Positions 17,287 through 27,102 are shown, counted from the first letter of the stretch. The stretch: 64,000 nt of DNA from an uncultured Spirochaetota bacterium (GCA_963845535.1 CAWJSK010000001.1:37396-101395); one strand, 5' to 3'. Notes: generated by a model not told the origin, from the letters alone. Program-made: numbers and translations.

Positions 17287-19104
17287 ATGTCGAATCCATC
17301 TCTTGTTTTGCCCGAGGCGGGCATCAGCCCGAGGCCTTTGGGTCGGCCCGTCATGATCGTGCTTTCCATCCTCGCCGGCGTCATCTCCGGTTTCGGCGCG
17401 GTCATCTTTCGGGACCTCATCAGCTTCGTCCATAACCTTTCTTTCTCCGGTGTGATGTCGTTCACCTACGACTCGAACAGCCACTCCGCGGCCTCGCCGT
17501 GGGGGCTGTTCGTCGCGTTCGTGCCTGTGATTGGAGCGGCGGGGGTCACCTTCCTCGTCACGCGGTTTGCCCCTGAGGCAAAGGGGCATGGAGTCCCGGA
17601 AGTCATGGACTCCGTTCACCATGGCAGCGGCGTCATCAGGCCAATCGTGGCGCTGGTCAAATCAGTCGCCTCCGCCCTCTGCATCGGGACCGGCGGTTCC
17701 GTGGGGAGGGAGGGGCCCATTGTCCAGATCGGTTCGTCGTTCGGCTCGATGATTGGTCAGCTCCTCCCCATGCCGCCGAAGCAGCGCATCACGCTCCTTG
17801 CGGCAGGTGCCGCGGGAGGGATTGCGGCGACGTTCAACACGCCCATTGGCGGGATTCTTTTCGCTGTCGAGCTCATCCTCAATGAAGTCAGCACGGCCAC
17901 CCTGGTGCCGGTGGCAATCTGCACGGTCACGGCCACATATGTCAGCAGGTTCTTCTTCGGCGTCCACCCCTCGTTCGTGATTTCGAGCCTTACGGGCCCG
18001 TATTTGACCCTCGAAAGCCCGGGCGTCCTCATCTCCTACGCCGCGCTCGGGATTCTCATGGGCGCCGCTTCCGCCTTTTTCGTCCGCGTGATCTACCTGG
18101 CGGAGGACCTGTTCACGGAGCACTCCTTCAAGAACCCGTACCTCAGGCACATGAGCGCCATGCTTGTCCTGGGGGTGCTCTTCGCTCTCCTGCTGAAGTT
18201 CACGGGGCACTACTACATCGAAGGCGTGGGCTATTCAACCGTCCAGGACATCCTCACGGGAAGCATGACAAGCCTGCCGCTCCTGCTCTTGCTGTTCACC
18301 CTCAAGGTCATTGCCACCTCTGTTACGCTCGGCTCGGGAGGTTCCGGCGGCGTTTTCTCTCCCTCCCTCTTCCTCGGTGCAACGGCAGGCGGCGCCTATG
18401 GTATGGCCCTTCTCCTTGTGTTTCCTGGCCTCGGCGTAAGGCCGGCGGCATTCGCGGTGGCAGGGATGGCCGGAATAGTCGGGGGGACCACGGGAGCCGC
18501 GCTTACCGCCATCGTCATGATCTTCGAGATGACCCTCGACTACAGCGCCATCGTCCCCATTGCGATCACGGTGGCTTTCAGCTACGGGATCCGCAAGGCG
18601 ATCCTGCGCGAAAGCATTTATACGCTGAAGCTGACGCGCAGAGGACACACCGTGCCGGACGCGTTTCGCGTCAGTTTTCTCTCCCTCAAAACGGTCGGAG
18701 AACTGATGACGCGAGAGGTGGTTCCCGTCCCGGCCTCCGCCTCACTGGCCAGGCTCCAGCGCGCCCTACGCGACCATCCGGACGTGCCCTGGTTCCTGGT
18801 GACCGAGCGGGGCTTTGCCGTGGGGGTCATCTCACGGAACGACCTCCCCGGGGAGGCCGCGCCGGGGAGGTACAGACGGGGCTTCTCGACGAGGCTGATG
18901 AGATCGTACTCCAAGACGACGCAGAACGAGACGGCTTTCGACGCGGCGGCCCGCATGCGCTCCGAGGGGACCCTCGTTGCGCTGGTCTCCGATTCGCCTC
19001 TTGCGGTGCTCAAGCCGGCAGACGTCGTTGGCGTGCTTGGCAGGGAAGACCTGGGTGGTGTCATCGATGATTACGTGGACTTCTATTCCGACCACCGGGG
19101 GTGA
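17287..19104 (+). CDS. ClC-family chloride channel/antiporter with CBS pair (second paralog)
   Basis: GHGVPEVMD, GREGPIVQIG and GGVFSPSLFLG, with a CBS-like C-terminus. No obvious SD at 17287, so the true start may be further downstream. Confidence 0.85.
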   Translation: MSNPSLVLPEAGISPRPLGRPVMIVLSILAGVISGFGAVIFRDLISFVHNLSFSGVMSFTYDSNSHSAASPWGLFVAFVPVIGAAGVTFLVTRFAPEAKGHGVPEVMDSVHHGSGVIRPIVALVKSVASALCIGTGGSVGREGPIVQIGSSFGSMIGQLLPMPPKQRITLLAAGAAGGIAATFNTPIGGILFAVELILNEVSTATLVPVAICTVTATYVSRFFFGVHPSFVISSLTGPYLTLESPGVLISYAALGILMGAASAFFVRVIYLAEDLFTEHSFKNPYLRHMSAMLVLGVLFALLLKFTGHYYIEGVGYSTVQDILTGSMTSLPLLLLLFTLKVIATSVTLGSGGSGGVFSPSLFLGATAGGAYGMALLLVFPGLGVRPAAFAVAGMAGIVGGTTGAALTAIVMIFEMTLDYSAIVPIAITVAFSYGIRKAILRESIYTLKLTRRGHTVPDAFRVSFLSLKTVGELMTREVVPVPASASLARLQRALRDHPDVPWFLVTERGFAVGVISRNDLPGEAAPGRYRRGFSTRLMRSYSKTTQNETAFDAAARMRSEGTLVALVSDSPLAVLKPADVVGVLGREDLGGVIDDYVDFYSDHRG

Positions 19105-19110
19105 AGAGCG

Positions 19111-20502
19111 CTATGCGTGTATCGCCCAGCCCTCCACCGTCCGCATGGCCTCGCAGACGGCTTCCGAAAGCGTGGGGTGGGCGTGGATCATCTCCGCGAT
19201 ATCTTCCGGCAAGAGCTCCGCGGTACGTCCCAGGAGCATCTCGTGGATCATCTCCGTTGCGTCAGCTCCTACGATGTGCACGCCGAGAATCTCCTTCGTC
19301 TTCGGCTCATAGAGCACCTTGACGAACCCCTCTGACTGCTCAATGGCAACCGATTTGCCGGCGCCTCGGTACGGGAAGCTCGCCTTGGCGAACGAAATCT
19401 TCTGCTCCGTGGCTTTCCACTCGGGAAGCCCGAAGCTCGCCACTTGTGGCTCGCAGTAGGTGGCGCTGGGTATGGAAAGCGGATCCAGGCGCGGGCGCGG
19501 TGACTTTCCCGCCATGTGCTCCGTGGCGATCTCCGCCTCCTTGAAAGCCACGTGCGCAAGGAGCGGCGTGTTGACGACGTCCCCAATGGCGTAGATCCCC
19601 GGCACCCTGGTCTGGTTGTAATCCTCCACGGGGATGAACCCTTTCTCCGTCGTGATCCCGACTTTCTCCAGCCCAATGCCGTCCGTGTTGGGGGTACGGC
19701 CTACCACGACCAGGATCTGGTCCGCCTCAACGGTGGTACGCTTTCCCGCCTTGTCCTCCAGGACGACGCTGACGCCCGCTGCGCCTTTCTGCATTGAGAC
19801 AGCTTTCGTCCCCGTGTTCATCTGGATGCCGCGCTTTTGGAACGCGCGCGCCAGGACCTGCACCGCCTCCGCATCCTCGATAGGAAGGATGCGGTCCAGC
19901 ATCTCCACGAGGTGCACCTCCACGCCGAAAGAGTTGAGGACGTGGCTGAACTCCACACCGATTGCCCCCGCGCCAAGGATGATCGCTTTCTTGGGCAGCT
20001 TGGAAAGCATGATGGCGCCGGTGGAGGAAAGGACCCGCTGCTCGTCGAACTCGAAACCGGGAATAACACGAGGCCGGGACCCCGTGGCAATGACGATGTT
20101 CTTTCCGGTGACCTTCTTCCCGTCCTTCAGGGTCACCTCGTTCTTCCCGGAAATGGCCCCCTCCCCGACAATCGTTTCCACCTTGTTCTTCTTGAGAAGG
20201 AACTGGACGCCCTTGACCAGCGTGTCAGCGGCTTTTCGCGACTTGTCGAAAACGTTCTTGTAGTCGAAGCCCTTGGTGTCCACCGTCAGTCCCATTTCCG
20301 TGAGGCTCGGGATGGAGCGGAAAAGCTCCGCTTGATGGATCAGGGCCTTGGAGGGAATGCAGCCGACGTTGAGGCACACGCCGCCCACTTTGTCGCGCTC
20401 GATGACCGCGGCTTTCAAGCCGAGCTGCGCCGCGCGGATTCCCGCAACGTAGCCGCCGGGTCCGCCGCCGATCACCACAACATCGTAATCGTAACCAGCC
20501 AT
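19111..20502 (-). CDS. lpdA: dihydrolipoyl dehydrogenase (E3)
   Basis: YDVVVIGGGPGGY, redox-active GGVCLNVGCIPSK, and C-terminal HAHPTLSE. Confidence 0.95.
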   Translation of the reverse strand: MAGYDYDVVVIGGGPGGYVAGIRAAQLGLKAAVIERDKVGGVCLNVGCIPSKALIHQAELFRSIPSLTEMGLTVDTKGFDYKNVFDKSRKAADTLVKGVQFLLKKNKVETIVGEGAISGKNEVTLKDGKKVTGKNIVIATGSRPRVIPGFEFDEQRVLSSTGAIMLSKLPKKAIILGAGAIGVEFSHVLNSFGVEVHLVEMLDRILPIEDAEAVQVLARAFQKRGIQMNTGTKAVSMQKGAAGVSVVLEDKAGKRTTVEADQILVVVGRTPNTDGIGLEKVGITTEKGFIPVEDYNQTRVPGIYAIGDVVNTPLLAHVAFKEAEIATEHMAGKSPRPRLDPLSIPSATYCEPQVASFGLPEWKATEQKISFAKASFPYRGAGKSVAIEQSEGFVKVLYEPKTKEILGVHIVGADATEMIHEMLLGRTAELLPEDIAEMIHAHPTLSEAVCEAMRTVEGWAIHA

Positions 20503-20547
20503 GAATGCCTCCGTTTCTTTCTCGAACCGATGAACAGGGCGGCCGTG

Positions 20548-21828
20548 CTAGGCCAACGCCAACATGGGATTCTCAAACATGTCCGCCAGCTCTCTGAGGA
20601 ACGCGGCGCCCACCGCGCCGTCGATCACGCGGTGGTCGCAGGAAAGCGTGACGCGCATTCTCTGACGGATTTCGATTTTGTCTCCCGCGCCGACCACGGG
20701 CTCCTTGCGGATTGCCCCCACGGCGAGGATGGCCGACCCGGGCGGGTTTATCACCGCGGTGAACTCATCAATGCCGGACGAGCCGAGACTGCTGATGGTG
20801 AACGTGGCCCCTTCATACTCGGACGGCTGAAGCTTGCCCGTGCGCGCGCGTTCCACGAGGTCTGCCAGCTCGGCGTCAATGCCGAGGATCCCTTTCTTCC
20901 CGCAGTCTCGGACCACCGGCGTGATGAGGCCGTCGGGCTGAGCCACGGCCAGGCCGATGTCCGTGGCCGAGTGCCTGATGATGCTGTCCCCGTTCCACGT
21001 GGAGTTGACTTTGGGGTGATGCAGGAGCGCGCGCCCCGCGATTGCCATGAGGAAGGCGTTCATTGACGCTTTCTTTTCGCGCCCTTCGTTCAGCCGTGCG
21101 CGCGTTGCCAGCAGCTCATCCATGCCGATGGCAACGGTGAGGTAGTAGTGCGGGGCGGAGAACATCGACTCCGAAAGACGTCGGGCGATGACCTTGCGCA
21201 TGTTGGACAGCGGCACAACCTCGTCACCTGGCCCGGGCTTGTAGGCCGGTCCGCTTGCCACGCCGGCAAGCGCGGCCCCCGTTGCGCGGACGCCTGCGCC
21301 CGCCCCTGTCGGGGCCGCGTCCAGGTCTCGCTTGACGATCCTGCCGTCCGGACCGCTGCCGCGCACGCTCCGCAGGTCGATTCCTCTTTGGGACGCGATC
21401 CGCCGCGCAAGGGGGGAGGATTTGACCCTCCCGGTGGCGGGAGCCGCAGCCGTGGTTGCAGCCGCCGCGCGGGAAGCGACACCGGCGGCCGCGGCGGAGC
21501 CGATTGCGGCGCCGCCGGGAGCCGTCGTGGCGGCGGGCGCCCTGGCGGCAGCGGGCCTTGCGTCCGCCAGCAGGGCGGAAAAATCCTCCCCCGGCTTCCC
21601 CATGATGGCTATGGTGTCACCGACTTTCGCCTGCCCGCCCGCCTGCAGCATGATCTTGAGGAGCGTCCCTTCCGAGGTGGACTCGTAGTCCATGGTGGCC
21701 TTGTCCGTCTCCACCTCGCACAGCACGTCCCCCGAGGCAACCGTGTCCCCCTCTTTTTTGCGCCAGCGCACCAGCGTTCCCGTGTCCATGGTGGGGGAGA
21801 GCGCCATCATCAGGATTTTCTCAGGCAT
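20548..21828 (-). CDS. pdhC: dihydrolipoamide acetyltransferase (E2)
   Basis: Lipoyl domain MALSPTMDTGTLVRW...CEVETDKATMD, an Ala/Pro linker, a peripheral subunit-binding domain SPLARRIASQRGIDL, and catalytic DHRVIDGA. Confidence 0.92.
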   Translation of the reverse strand: MPEKILMMALSPTMDTGTLVRWRKKEGDTVASGDVLCEVETDKATMDYESTSEGTLLKIMLQAGGQAKVGDTIAIMGKPGEDFSALLADARPAAARAPAATTAPGGAAIGSAAAAGVASRAAAATTAAAPATGRVKSSPLARRIASQRGIDLRSVRGSGPDGRIVKRDLDAAPTGAGAGVRATGAALAGVASGPAYKPGPGDEVVPLSNMRKVIARRLSESMFSAPHYYLTVAIGMDELLATRARLNEGREKKASMNAFLMAIAGRALLHHPKVNSTWNGDSIIRHSATDIGLAVAQPDGLITPVVRDCGKKGILGIDAELADLVERARTGKLQPSEYEGATFTISSLGSSGIDEFTAVINPPGSAILAVGAIRKEPVVGAGDKIEIRQRMRVTLSCDHRVIDGAVGAAFLRELADMFENPMLALA

Positions 21829-22798
21829 AGAGCACCCTTTTCACTGCATCAACGATCTTGTCCACGGAGGGCTGCGCGGCGAGCTCGAGGCCGTGGTTGT
21901 ACGGCATGGGCACGTCCTCCGCGGATACCAACTCCACCGCCGCATCCAGGTCGTCGAAGCAGTTGCGGGATACGAGCCACGCCACGTGAGAGCCGACGCT
22001 CGCAAAAGGCCAGGCCTCGTCAATCACCACGCAGCGGTTGGTCTTGCGCACGGACTCATAGATGGCCACCTCATCCAGCGGCCTGATGCTGCGCAGGTCC
22101 ACCACTTCCGCGTCGATGCCCTGGGCGGCGAGGGCTTCCGCTGCTTCCAAGACCATCCGAAGCGGCTTGGAGAACCCGATCAAAGTGACGTCTTTGCCCG
22201 GACGCTTGATGTCCGCGGTTCCCAGCGGGACCACGTGCTCCCCGTCGGGGACTTCCCCTTTCCATGAGTACATCAGCTCCGCCTCGAGGAATACCACGGG
22301 GTTGTTGTCACGAATGGATGCCTTGAGCAGGCCTTTGGCGTCAGCGGGGTTGGAAGGGGCAACAACCTTCAGGCCCGGCACGTGCGCGTAGATGGACTGC
22401 AGCGCCTGGGAGTGCTGGGACCCGAGGAATTCGGCCGGTCCGTTGGGGCCCCGAAACACAATGGGCACCGAAAACTGGCCGCCCGACATGTAGCGCATCT
22501 TGGATGCGTTGCTGAAGATCTGATCCATTGCCTGCAGGGAGAAGTTGAGCGTCATCCATTCCACAATCGGACGAAGCCCTGCCATGGCCGCGCCAATTCC
22601 AATGCCGGTGAACCCCTCTTCCGAGATCGGCGTGTCGATGACGCGCTCAGGCCCGTACTTCTCCAGGAGCCCCTGGCTCACCTTGTACGCGCCATTGTAC
22701 TGGCCCACTTCCTCTCCCAGGAGAAGGACGCTGTCGTCACGCGCCATCTCCTCGTCGATGGCCGCGCGCAGCGCCTCCCGAAACGTGATGACGCTCAT
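21821..22798 (-). CDS. pdhB: pyruvate dehydrogenase E1 beta subunit
   Basis: ITFREALRAAIDEEMARDDSVLLLGEEVGQYNGAYKVSQGL...DTPISEEGF is a typical E1-beta sequence. Confidence 0.94.
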   Translation of the reverse strand: MSVITFREALRAAIDEEMARDDSVLLLGEEVGQYNGAYKVSQGLLEKYGPERVIDTPISEEGFTGIGIGAAMAGLRPIVEWMTLNFSLQAMDQIFSNASKMRYMSGGQFSVPIVFRGPNGPAEFLGSQHSQALQSIYAHVPGLKVVAPSNPADAKGLLKASIRDNNPVVFLEAELMYSWKGEVPDGEHVVPLGTADIKRPGKDVTLIGFSKPLRMVLEAAEALAAQGIDAEVVDLRSIRPLDEVAIYESVRKTNRCVVIDEAWPFASVGSHVAWLVSRNCFDDLDAAVELVSAEDVPMPYNHGLELAAQPSVDKIVDAVKRVLYA

Positions 22799-23823
22799 GC
22801 GTAGACGTCCTGGTACAGCGCCGACGGGTCGGGCTCCGGGCTTTCTTCCGCGAAGCGGACCGCTTCGTCACACACTGCCTTGAACTCGGCGTCCATGGCC
22901 GTGAAGTCCGCGTCGGAGAAGATGCCGGACTCCGTCATGCGGGACCTTTGGATGAGGATGGGGTCCTGTTTTTTGTACGATTCCAGCTCTTCGGGGGTCC
23001 GGTATTTCGCCGGGTCGCTCATGGAGTGCCCGCGATAGCGGTACGTGAGGACCTCCAGGAAAATGGGCGTTGACTCCGAACGGGCGCGTTCGGCGGCCGC
23101 GGTCACCTCGCGGTTCACTTCCAGCACGTCCATGCCGTTCACCTGGCTTCCCGGGATACCGTAGGAGGACCCCATGACCGCGAAGTCCGTGACGGAGGAG
23201 ACGCGGCGGAAGTCCGTTCCCATGCCGTAGTGGTTGTTCTCACAGATATAGACGATGGGGAGGTTATAGATCTTTGCCATGTTGAGGCTCTCATGGAAGG
23301 ACCCCTGGTGGATTGCCCCGTCGCCGAACCAGCAGAGAACGACGCCGCCTTCCTTGCGGTAGCGGATCTTCATGGCAACGCCCGTTGCAACGGGGATCTG
23401 GGCGCCGACAATGCCGTTGCCTCCGTACATGTGCCGGCCGGCGTCGAAGAAGTGCATGGACCCGCCCTTGCCCCGCGAAACGCCGGTGGCCTTGCCGAAC
23501 AGCTCCGCCATCAACAGGCGCGGCTCCATCCCGCAGGCAAGGGCGTAGCCATGGTCCCGGTAGGCGGCAACGACGTAGTCCTTGGCCAGGTCGATGGCCG
23601 CAATGGCCCCGACGGCAACGGCCTCCTGGCCGATGTAGAGGTGACAGAACCCGCCGATCTTCTTCAGGCCGTACATCTGGGCGGCCCGTTCCTCGAACCG
23701 CCGGATGAGGAGCATCTTGCGCAGAAGCTCGATCTGGAACGCGGCGTCACCCCCCCGTACCCCTTCAGCGCCGTTGTCGGATGTCGCGGGCGCGCCCACG
23801 CGCGCACCCTTCGTGCCTGCCAT
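22795..23823 (-). CDS. pdhA: pyruvate dehydrogenase E1 alpha subunit (TPP-binding)
   Basis: MLLIRRFEERAAQMYGLKKIGGFCHLYIGQEA..., GDGAIHQGSFHESLNMA and YRYRGHSMSDP. Confidence 0.94.
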   Translation of the reverse strand: MAGTKGARVGAPATSDNGAEGVRGGDAAFQIELLRKMLLIRRFEERAAQMYGLKKIGGFCHLYIGQEAVAVGAIAAIDLAKDYVVAAYRDHGYALACGMEPRLLMAELFGKATGVSRGKGGSMHFFDAGRHMYGGNGIVGAQIPVATGVAMKIRYRKEGGVVLCWFGDGAIHQGSFHESLNMAKIYNLPIVYICENNHYGMGTDFRRVSSVTDFAVMGSSYGIPGSQVNGMDVLEVNREVTAAAERARSESTPIFLEVLTYRYRGHSMSDPAKYRTPEELESYKKQDPILIQRSRMTESGIFSDADFTAMDAEFKAVCDEAVRFAEESPEPDPSALYQDVYA

Positions 23824-23843
23824 TGCCCGGTTCGCTCCTTCCG

Positions 23844-24281
23844 CTAGAAATGGACGACTTCCTTCCTGCCCTCCATGGGCAGGAAGCGCGTGGCATGCTC
23901 CACGACCGTCTCCAGGACAGCGACGTCCCGGTCGTCATGCGCAAGTTTCCAGAACGTCCGCAGGCGCGGGCCAATGACCTCCAGGACTTCCGCCCTGAGG
24001 GAGGGATTTTCCACCACGTTGATGGCGCCCCGGATGCTCACCACCTCGTCCAGGGACGGGGTCTGGAACATCCACTCCACCTGGGGGTGGGATTTGACCT
24101 GCGCCACCTTTGCAAACTTTCCGGCGGTGATGGCGTAGATGGCCCCGGGCCTGTCGCGCAGGACCGCGGGGGTGAGCCAGCGGATGTGGGGTTTGCCCTC
24201 GTCATCCACAGTGGCCAGAAGGCCGGTCTTGTGGGCCTCTATAATCTCCTCTACCCTGTTCATCACCTGACGGCTGTCCAT
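23844..24281 (-). CDS. pyridoxamine 5'-phosphate oxidase-family FMN-binding protein (general-stress-protein-26-like)
   Basis: 145 aa. EEIIEAHKTGLLATVDDEGKPHIRWL fits the PNPOx-like split-barrel N-terminus. Confidence 0.65.
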   Translation of the reverse strand: MDSRQVMNRVEEIIEAHKTGLLATVDDEGKPHIRWLTPAVLRDRPGAIYAITAGKFAKVAQVKSHPQVEWMFQTPSLDEVVSIRGAINVVENPSLRAEVLEVIGPRLRTFWKLAHDDRDVAVLETVVEHATRFLPMEGRKEVVHF

Positions 24282-24385
24282 ATGCTAGTGAAGATAGAGA
24301 AAAGCCGAAGCGCTTTCAAGCATAGCCATGGATGGCGGAGGTCGGCCGAGCACACGGATGTGCGGAAGGCCGACCATAGCCATGG

Positions 24386-26101
24386 ATGGCCAAAAGCACA
24401 TTTTCGACTATAGTAGCTTCCGTGCAAAAGAAGCCCTTCATCTGGGAGACGCACGGCATCCACGTGGGGACGGGCGGGGACCACGTGACCCATGGCATTG
24501 ACGACCTGGACAGCATCGTCGAACAGGCCGTCGGAATGGGCTTTCCTTCCCTGACCTTCATCATCCACAGCCCGCGGCTTACGCGCTTCCGTTACGCAAG
24601 CGAACGCGCCACGGACGTGAAGTTCATCCGGGGTGATGCCTCCTATTTCAGCTATACCGACACCATTGCGCGGCTTCGCGAACGCCATGGGGCGCGCATC
24701 GACATCCGCTACGGGGTGGAGCTGGAGTGGCTGGGCACCGGCCTCGGGATGCATTGGAGCAGGGCCAAGCTGTTCCAGGCGCACGGCGCGGACTTTGTGG
24801 TGAGCTCCGTTCATTTCGCCCCCAACGGCGTCCCGTACGACGGCTCCCCGGAGGACACCGAGCGGCTCATCAGGGAGCGCGGCGGCGTGGAGCAGCTTTG
24901 GGCAGGCTACTTTGATGAAGTGATCGAGATGGTGGACGCATCATGGCAATTCACCTCCGCGGTGGGCCACCTCGACCTGCCGAAGCTTTACGCGCCGCTT
25001 CCCTCATGCCTCGCGGAGGATAACGGCGCAGACACGGAGACCGAGCGCCGCCTGTCCACGCTGCTGGAGATGATTGCCGAGCACAACCTTGCCCTGGACG
25101 TGAACCTTGCCGGCCTGCGCAAGGGGGTCGGCATCTATCCGCACCCCAAGATTCTGCAAAGGGCGTATACGCTCGGCATTTCGATTGCCATCGGGACCGA
25201 CACGCATGATCCAGCGGACCTCGGCAAGGACTATGACGCGGGCCTGGAAGCGGTCAGGGCCGCGGGGTATCGATATTACGTCTCCTTCTCCCGTGGCATT
25301 CCCGAGAAGCGGCCGCTCTCCCACGGTCTCGAAGGTCCCTTCAAGGTGCTGAACCTGGGGATGGAGATCCTCAACCACCGTCTGGCCAGAGAGAAAAGGT
25401 TGGAGATCCCTCGGCTCTCTTTCGGCGGCGACTTTCGATCTCTCGCGAAAGTGTTTCCCGAGTCATCGTCCCTGGGATCATTTCATGCCGTGCGCGTGCG
25501 CAAGGAGGAACGGTCCGTCACCATCAGTGATCGGCTTCCCGCCTACGCGGGGGGAGAGACGACGTATCTTTTCTCCCACCATCGGGACCTGCCCGGGACG
25601 CTCGCCCTCTTGTTGAACACGCTGGCCTCGGAGGAGATCAATATCGAGACGGTCTGGCTGAACTCCCTGGAGGACGGCACTGCCACGGCATACCTCACGG
25701 TGGACGGGACTCCGGAGGCCATCCGCGAAGCAGTCGAGTTCGTGCTGGGAACTGCGGGGGACAGGTTCCTCCAGATCGACACAGACGTGCGGGTACGGCT
25801 TCCTCCGGTAAAAAAAGCCGCCATCTACCTCCTTGAGGTGGACGGGGTCTGGCTGCCCATGCCCGTCTCCCGCCAGATGATCATCACCGTTCATGGCAAC
25901 AGGCCCGGCGTCCTGCTCGTCCTCCTCTCGGCGCTTGCGTCCCGCAACGTCAACGTCGTGGACCTTCAGCTCGGCGCGAGGGGAGAAAAAGGGTTTGCCG
26001 CCCTCGGGGTGCAGGGGGATGAAAGAATCGTTGCTGAGGTTTTGACGCAGCTCGGTCCTTCGTACCTTGAAGCATCGCAAATCATTCTGGGAGGTTTTTG
26101 A
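24386..26101 (+). CDS. PHP-domain phosphoesterase (HisJ/histidinol-phosphatase-like) fused to two C-terminal ACT domains
   Basis: PHP-like His/Asp clusters (ETHGIHVG..GDHVTHG, SSVHF, GHLDL, IGTDTHD). Two ACT-like modules follow: HHRDLPGTLALLLNTLASEEINIETV and VHGNRPGVLLVLLSALASRNVNVVDL. Confidence 0.7.
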   Translation: MAKSTFSTIVASVQKKPFIWETHGIHVGTGGDHVTHGIDDLDSIVEQAVGMGFPSLTFIIHSPRLTRFRYASERATDVKFIRGDASYFSYTDTIARLRERHGARIDIRYGVELEWLGTGLGMHWSRAKLFQAHGADFVVSSVHFAPNGVPYDGSPEDTERLIRERGGVEQLWAGYFDEVIEMVDASWQFTSAVGHLDLPKLYAPLPSCLAEDNGADTETERRLSTLLEMIAEHNLALDVNLAGLRKGVGIYPHPKILQRAYTLGISIAIGTDTHDPADLGKDYDAGLEAVRAAGYRYYVSFSRGIPEKRPLSHGLEGPFKVLNLGMEILNHRLAREKRLEIPRLSFGGDFRSLAKVFPESSSLGSFHAVRVRKEERSVTISDRLPAYAGGETTYLFSHHRDLPGTLALLLNTLASEEINIETVWLNSLEDGTATAYLTVDGTPEAIREAVEFVLGTAGDRFLQIDTDVRVRLPPVKKAAIYLLEVDGVWLPMPVSRQMIITVHGNRPGVLLVLLSALASRNVNVVDLQLGARGEKGFAALGVQGDERIVAEVLTQLGPSYLEASQIILGGF

Positions 26102-27102
26102 TGACCGTAAGCTCTTTGTGCCGGGCGGCCCTGCGCCTCCTGCCGCTCGCCGTTGTCGCCATGCCCGTTATCGCCCAGGATCAGGAGCTGCCGGACGGGC
26201 TGTATGCCGAGATCACGACGGAGCGCGGCACCATTGTGTGCTCCCTGGAGTATCAGAAGGCGCCAATGACGGTGTCGAGCTTCGTCGGCCTTGCCGAGGG
26301 GACAATCCCCGCCAACGGCGCTACTGGCAAGAAGTTCTTCGACGGCCTCACTTTTCACAGGGTTGAGCCCGGCTTCGTCATCCAGGGCGGAGACCCCAAC
26401 GGTGACGGGACCGGCGGGCCCGGCTACGAGTTTCCCAACGAGATTCGCCCTGACTTGAGGCATGACCGTGCCGGCACCCTTTCCATGGCGAACGCGGGAC
26501 CGGACACGAACGGGAGCCAGTTCTTCATCACGCTTCGCCAGACGCCGAACCTCGACGGAGGCTACAACGTCTTCGGATACGTTGTGAAAGGGATGGACGT
26601 GGTGAACGCAATCAAGAAAGGCGACAGGATCACCGGCGTGCGCATCCTGCGCGTGGGCGACGCCGCGAAGGCGTTCGTCGTGACCCCGGAGAGCTTCAAC
26701 GCCCTGGTGGCCAAGGCAGAGGAATCCGAGCGCACCGCGGAGCTCGCGCTGATCCAGAAGAAATGGCCCCATCTCACCATGACAAAATCCGGGCTCATGT
26801 ACGAGGTGCTGGAGAAGGGGTCGGGGGGAAGCCCGCCGGCGGGGTCCACGGTCAGTGTGAAATACACCGGCATGCTTCTGGACGGCAAGGTGTTCGACAG
26901 CACGGAGGCCCGCGGCGCACCGGCCGTCCTGCGCGTGGACAGGGTCATCAAGGGATGGACCGAGGCGCTGCTTGCCATGAAGAGGGGAGAGCGACGGATG
27001 CTTGTCATCCCCCCGGAGCTGGCGTACGGGGAAAGGGGCTACCCCGGGGTCATCCCGCCGAACTCCTTCCTGGTGTTCGACGTGCAGCTCATAGATTTCT
27101 GA
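26098..27102 (+). CDS. dual-family peptidyl-prolyl isomerase (cyclophilin domain + FKBP domain), secreted
   Basis: Signal-like N-terminus. Cyclophilin motifs FHRVEPGFVIQGGDPNGDGTGGPGY and LSMANAGPDTNGSQFFI. FKBP motifs VKYTGMLLDGKVFDS, VIKGWTEALLAMKRGERR and LVFDVQLIDF. Confidence 0.88.
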   Translation: MMTVSSLCRAALRLLPLAVVAMPVIAQDQELPDGLYAEITTERGTIVCSLEYQKAPMTVSSFVGLAEGTIPANGATGKKFFDGLTFHRVEPGFVIQGGDPNGDGTGGPGYEFPNEIRPDLRHDRAGTLSMANAGPDTNGSQFFITLRQTPNLDGGYNVFGYVVKGMDVVNAIKKGDRITGVRILRVGDAAKAFVVTPESFNALVAKAEESERTAELALIQKKWPHLTMTKSGLMYEVLEKGSGGSPPAGSTVSVKYTGMLLDGKVFDSTEARGAPAVLRVDRVIKGWTEALLAMKRGERRMLVIPPELAYGERGYPGVIPPNSFLVFDVQLIDF

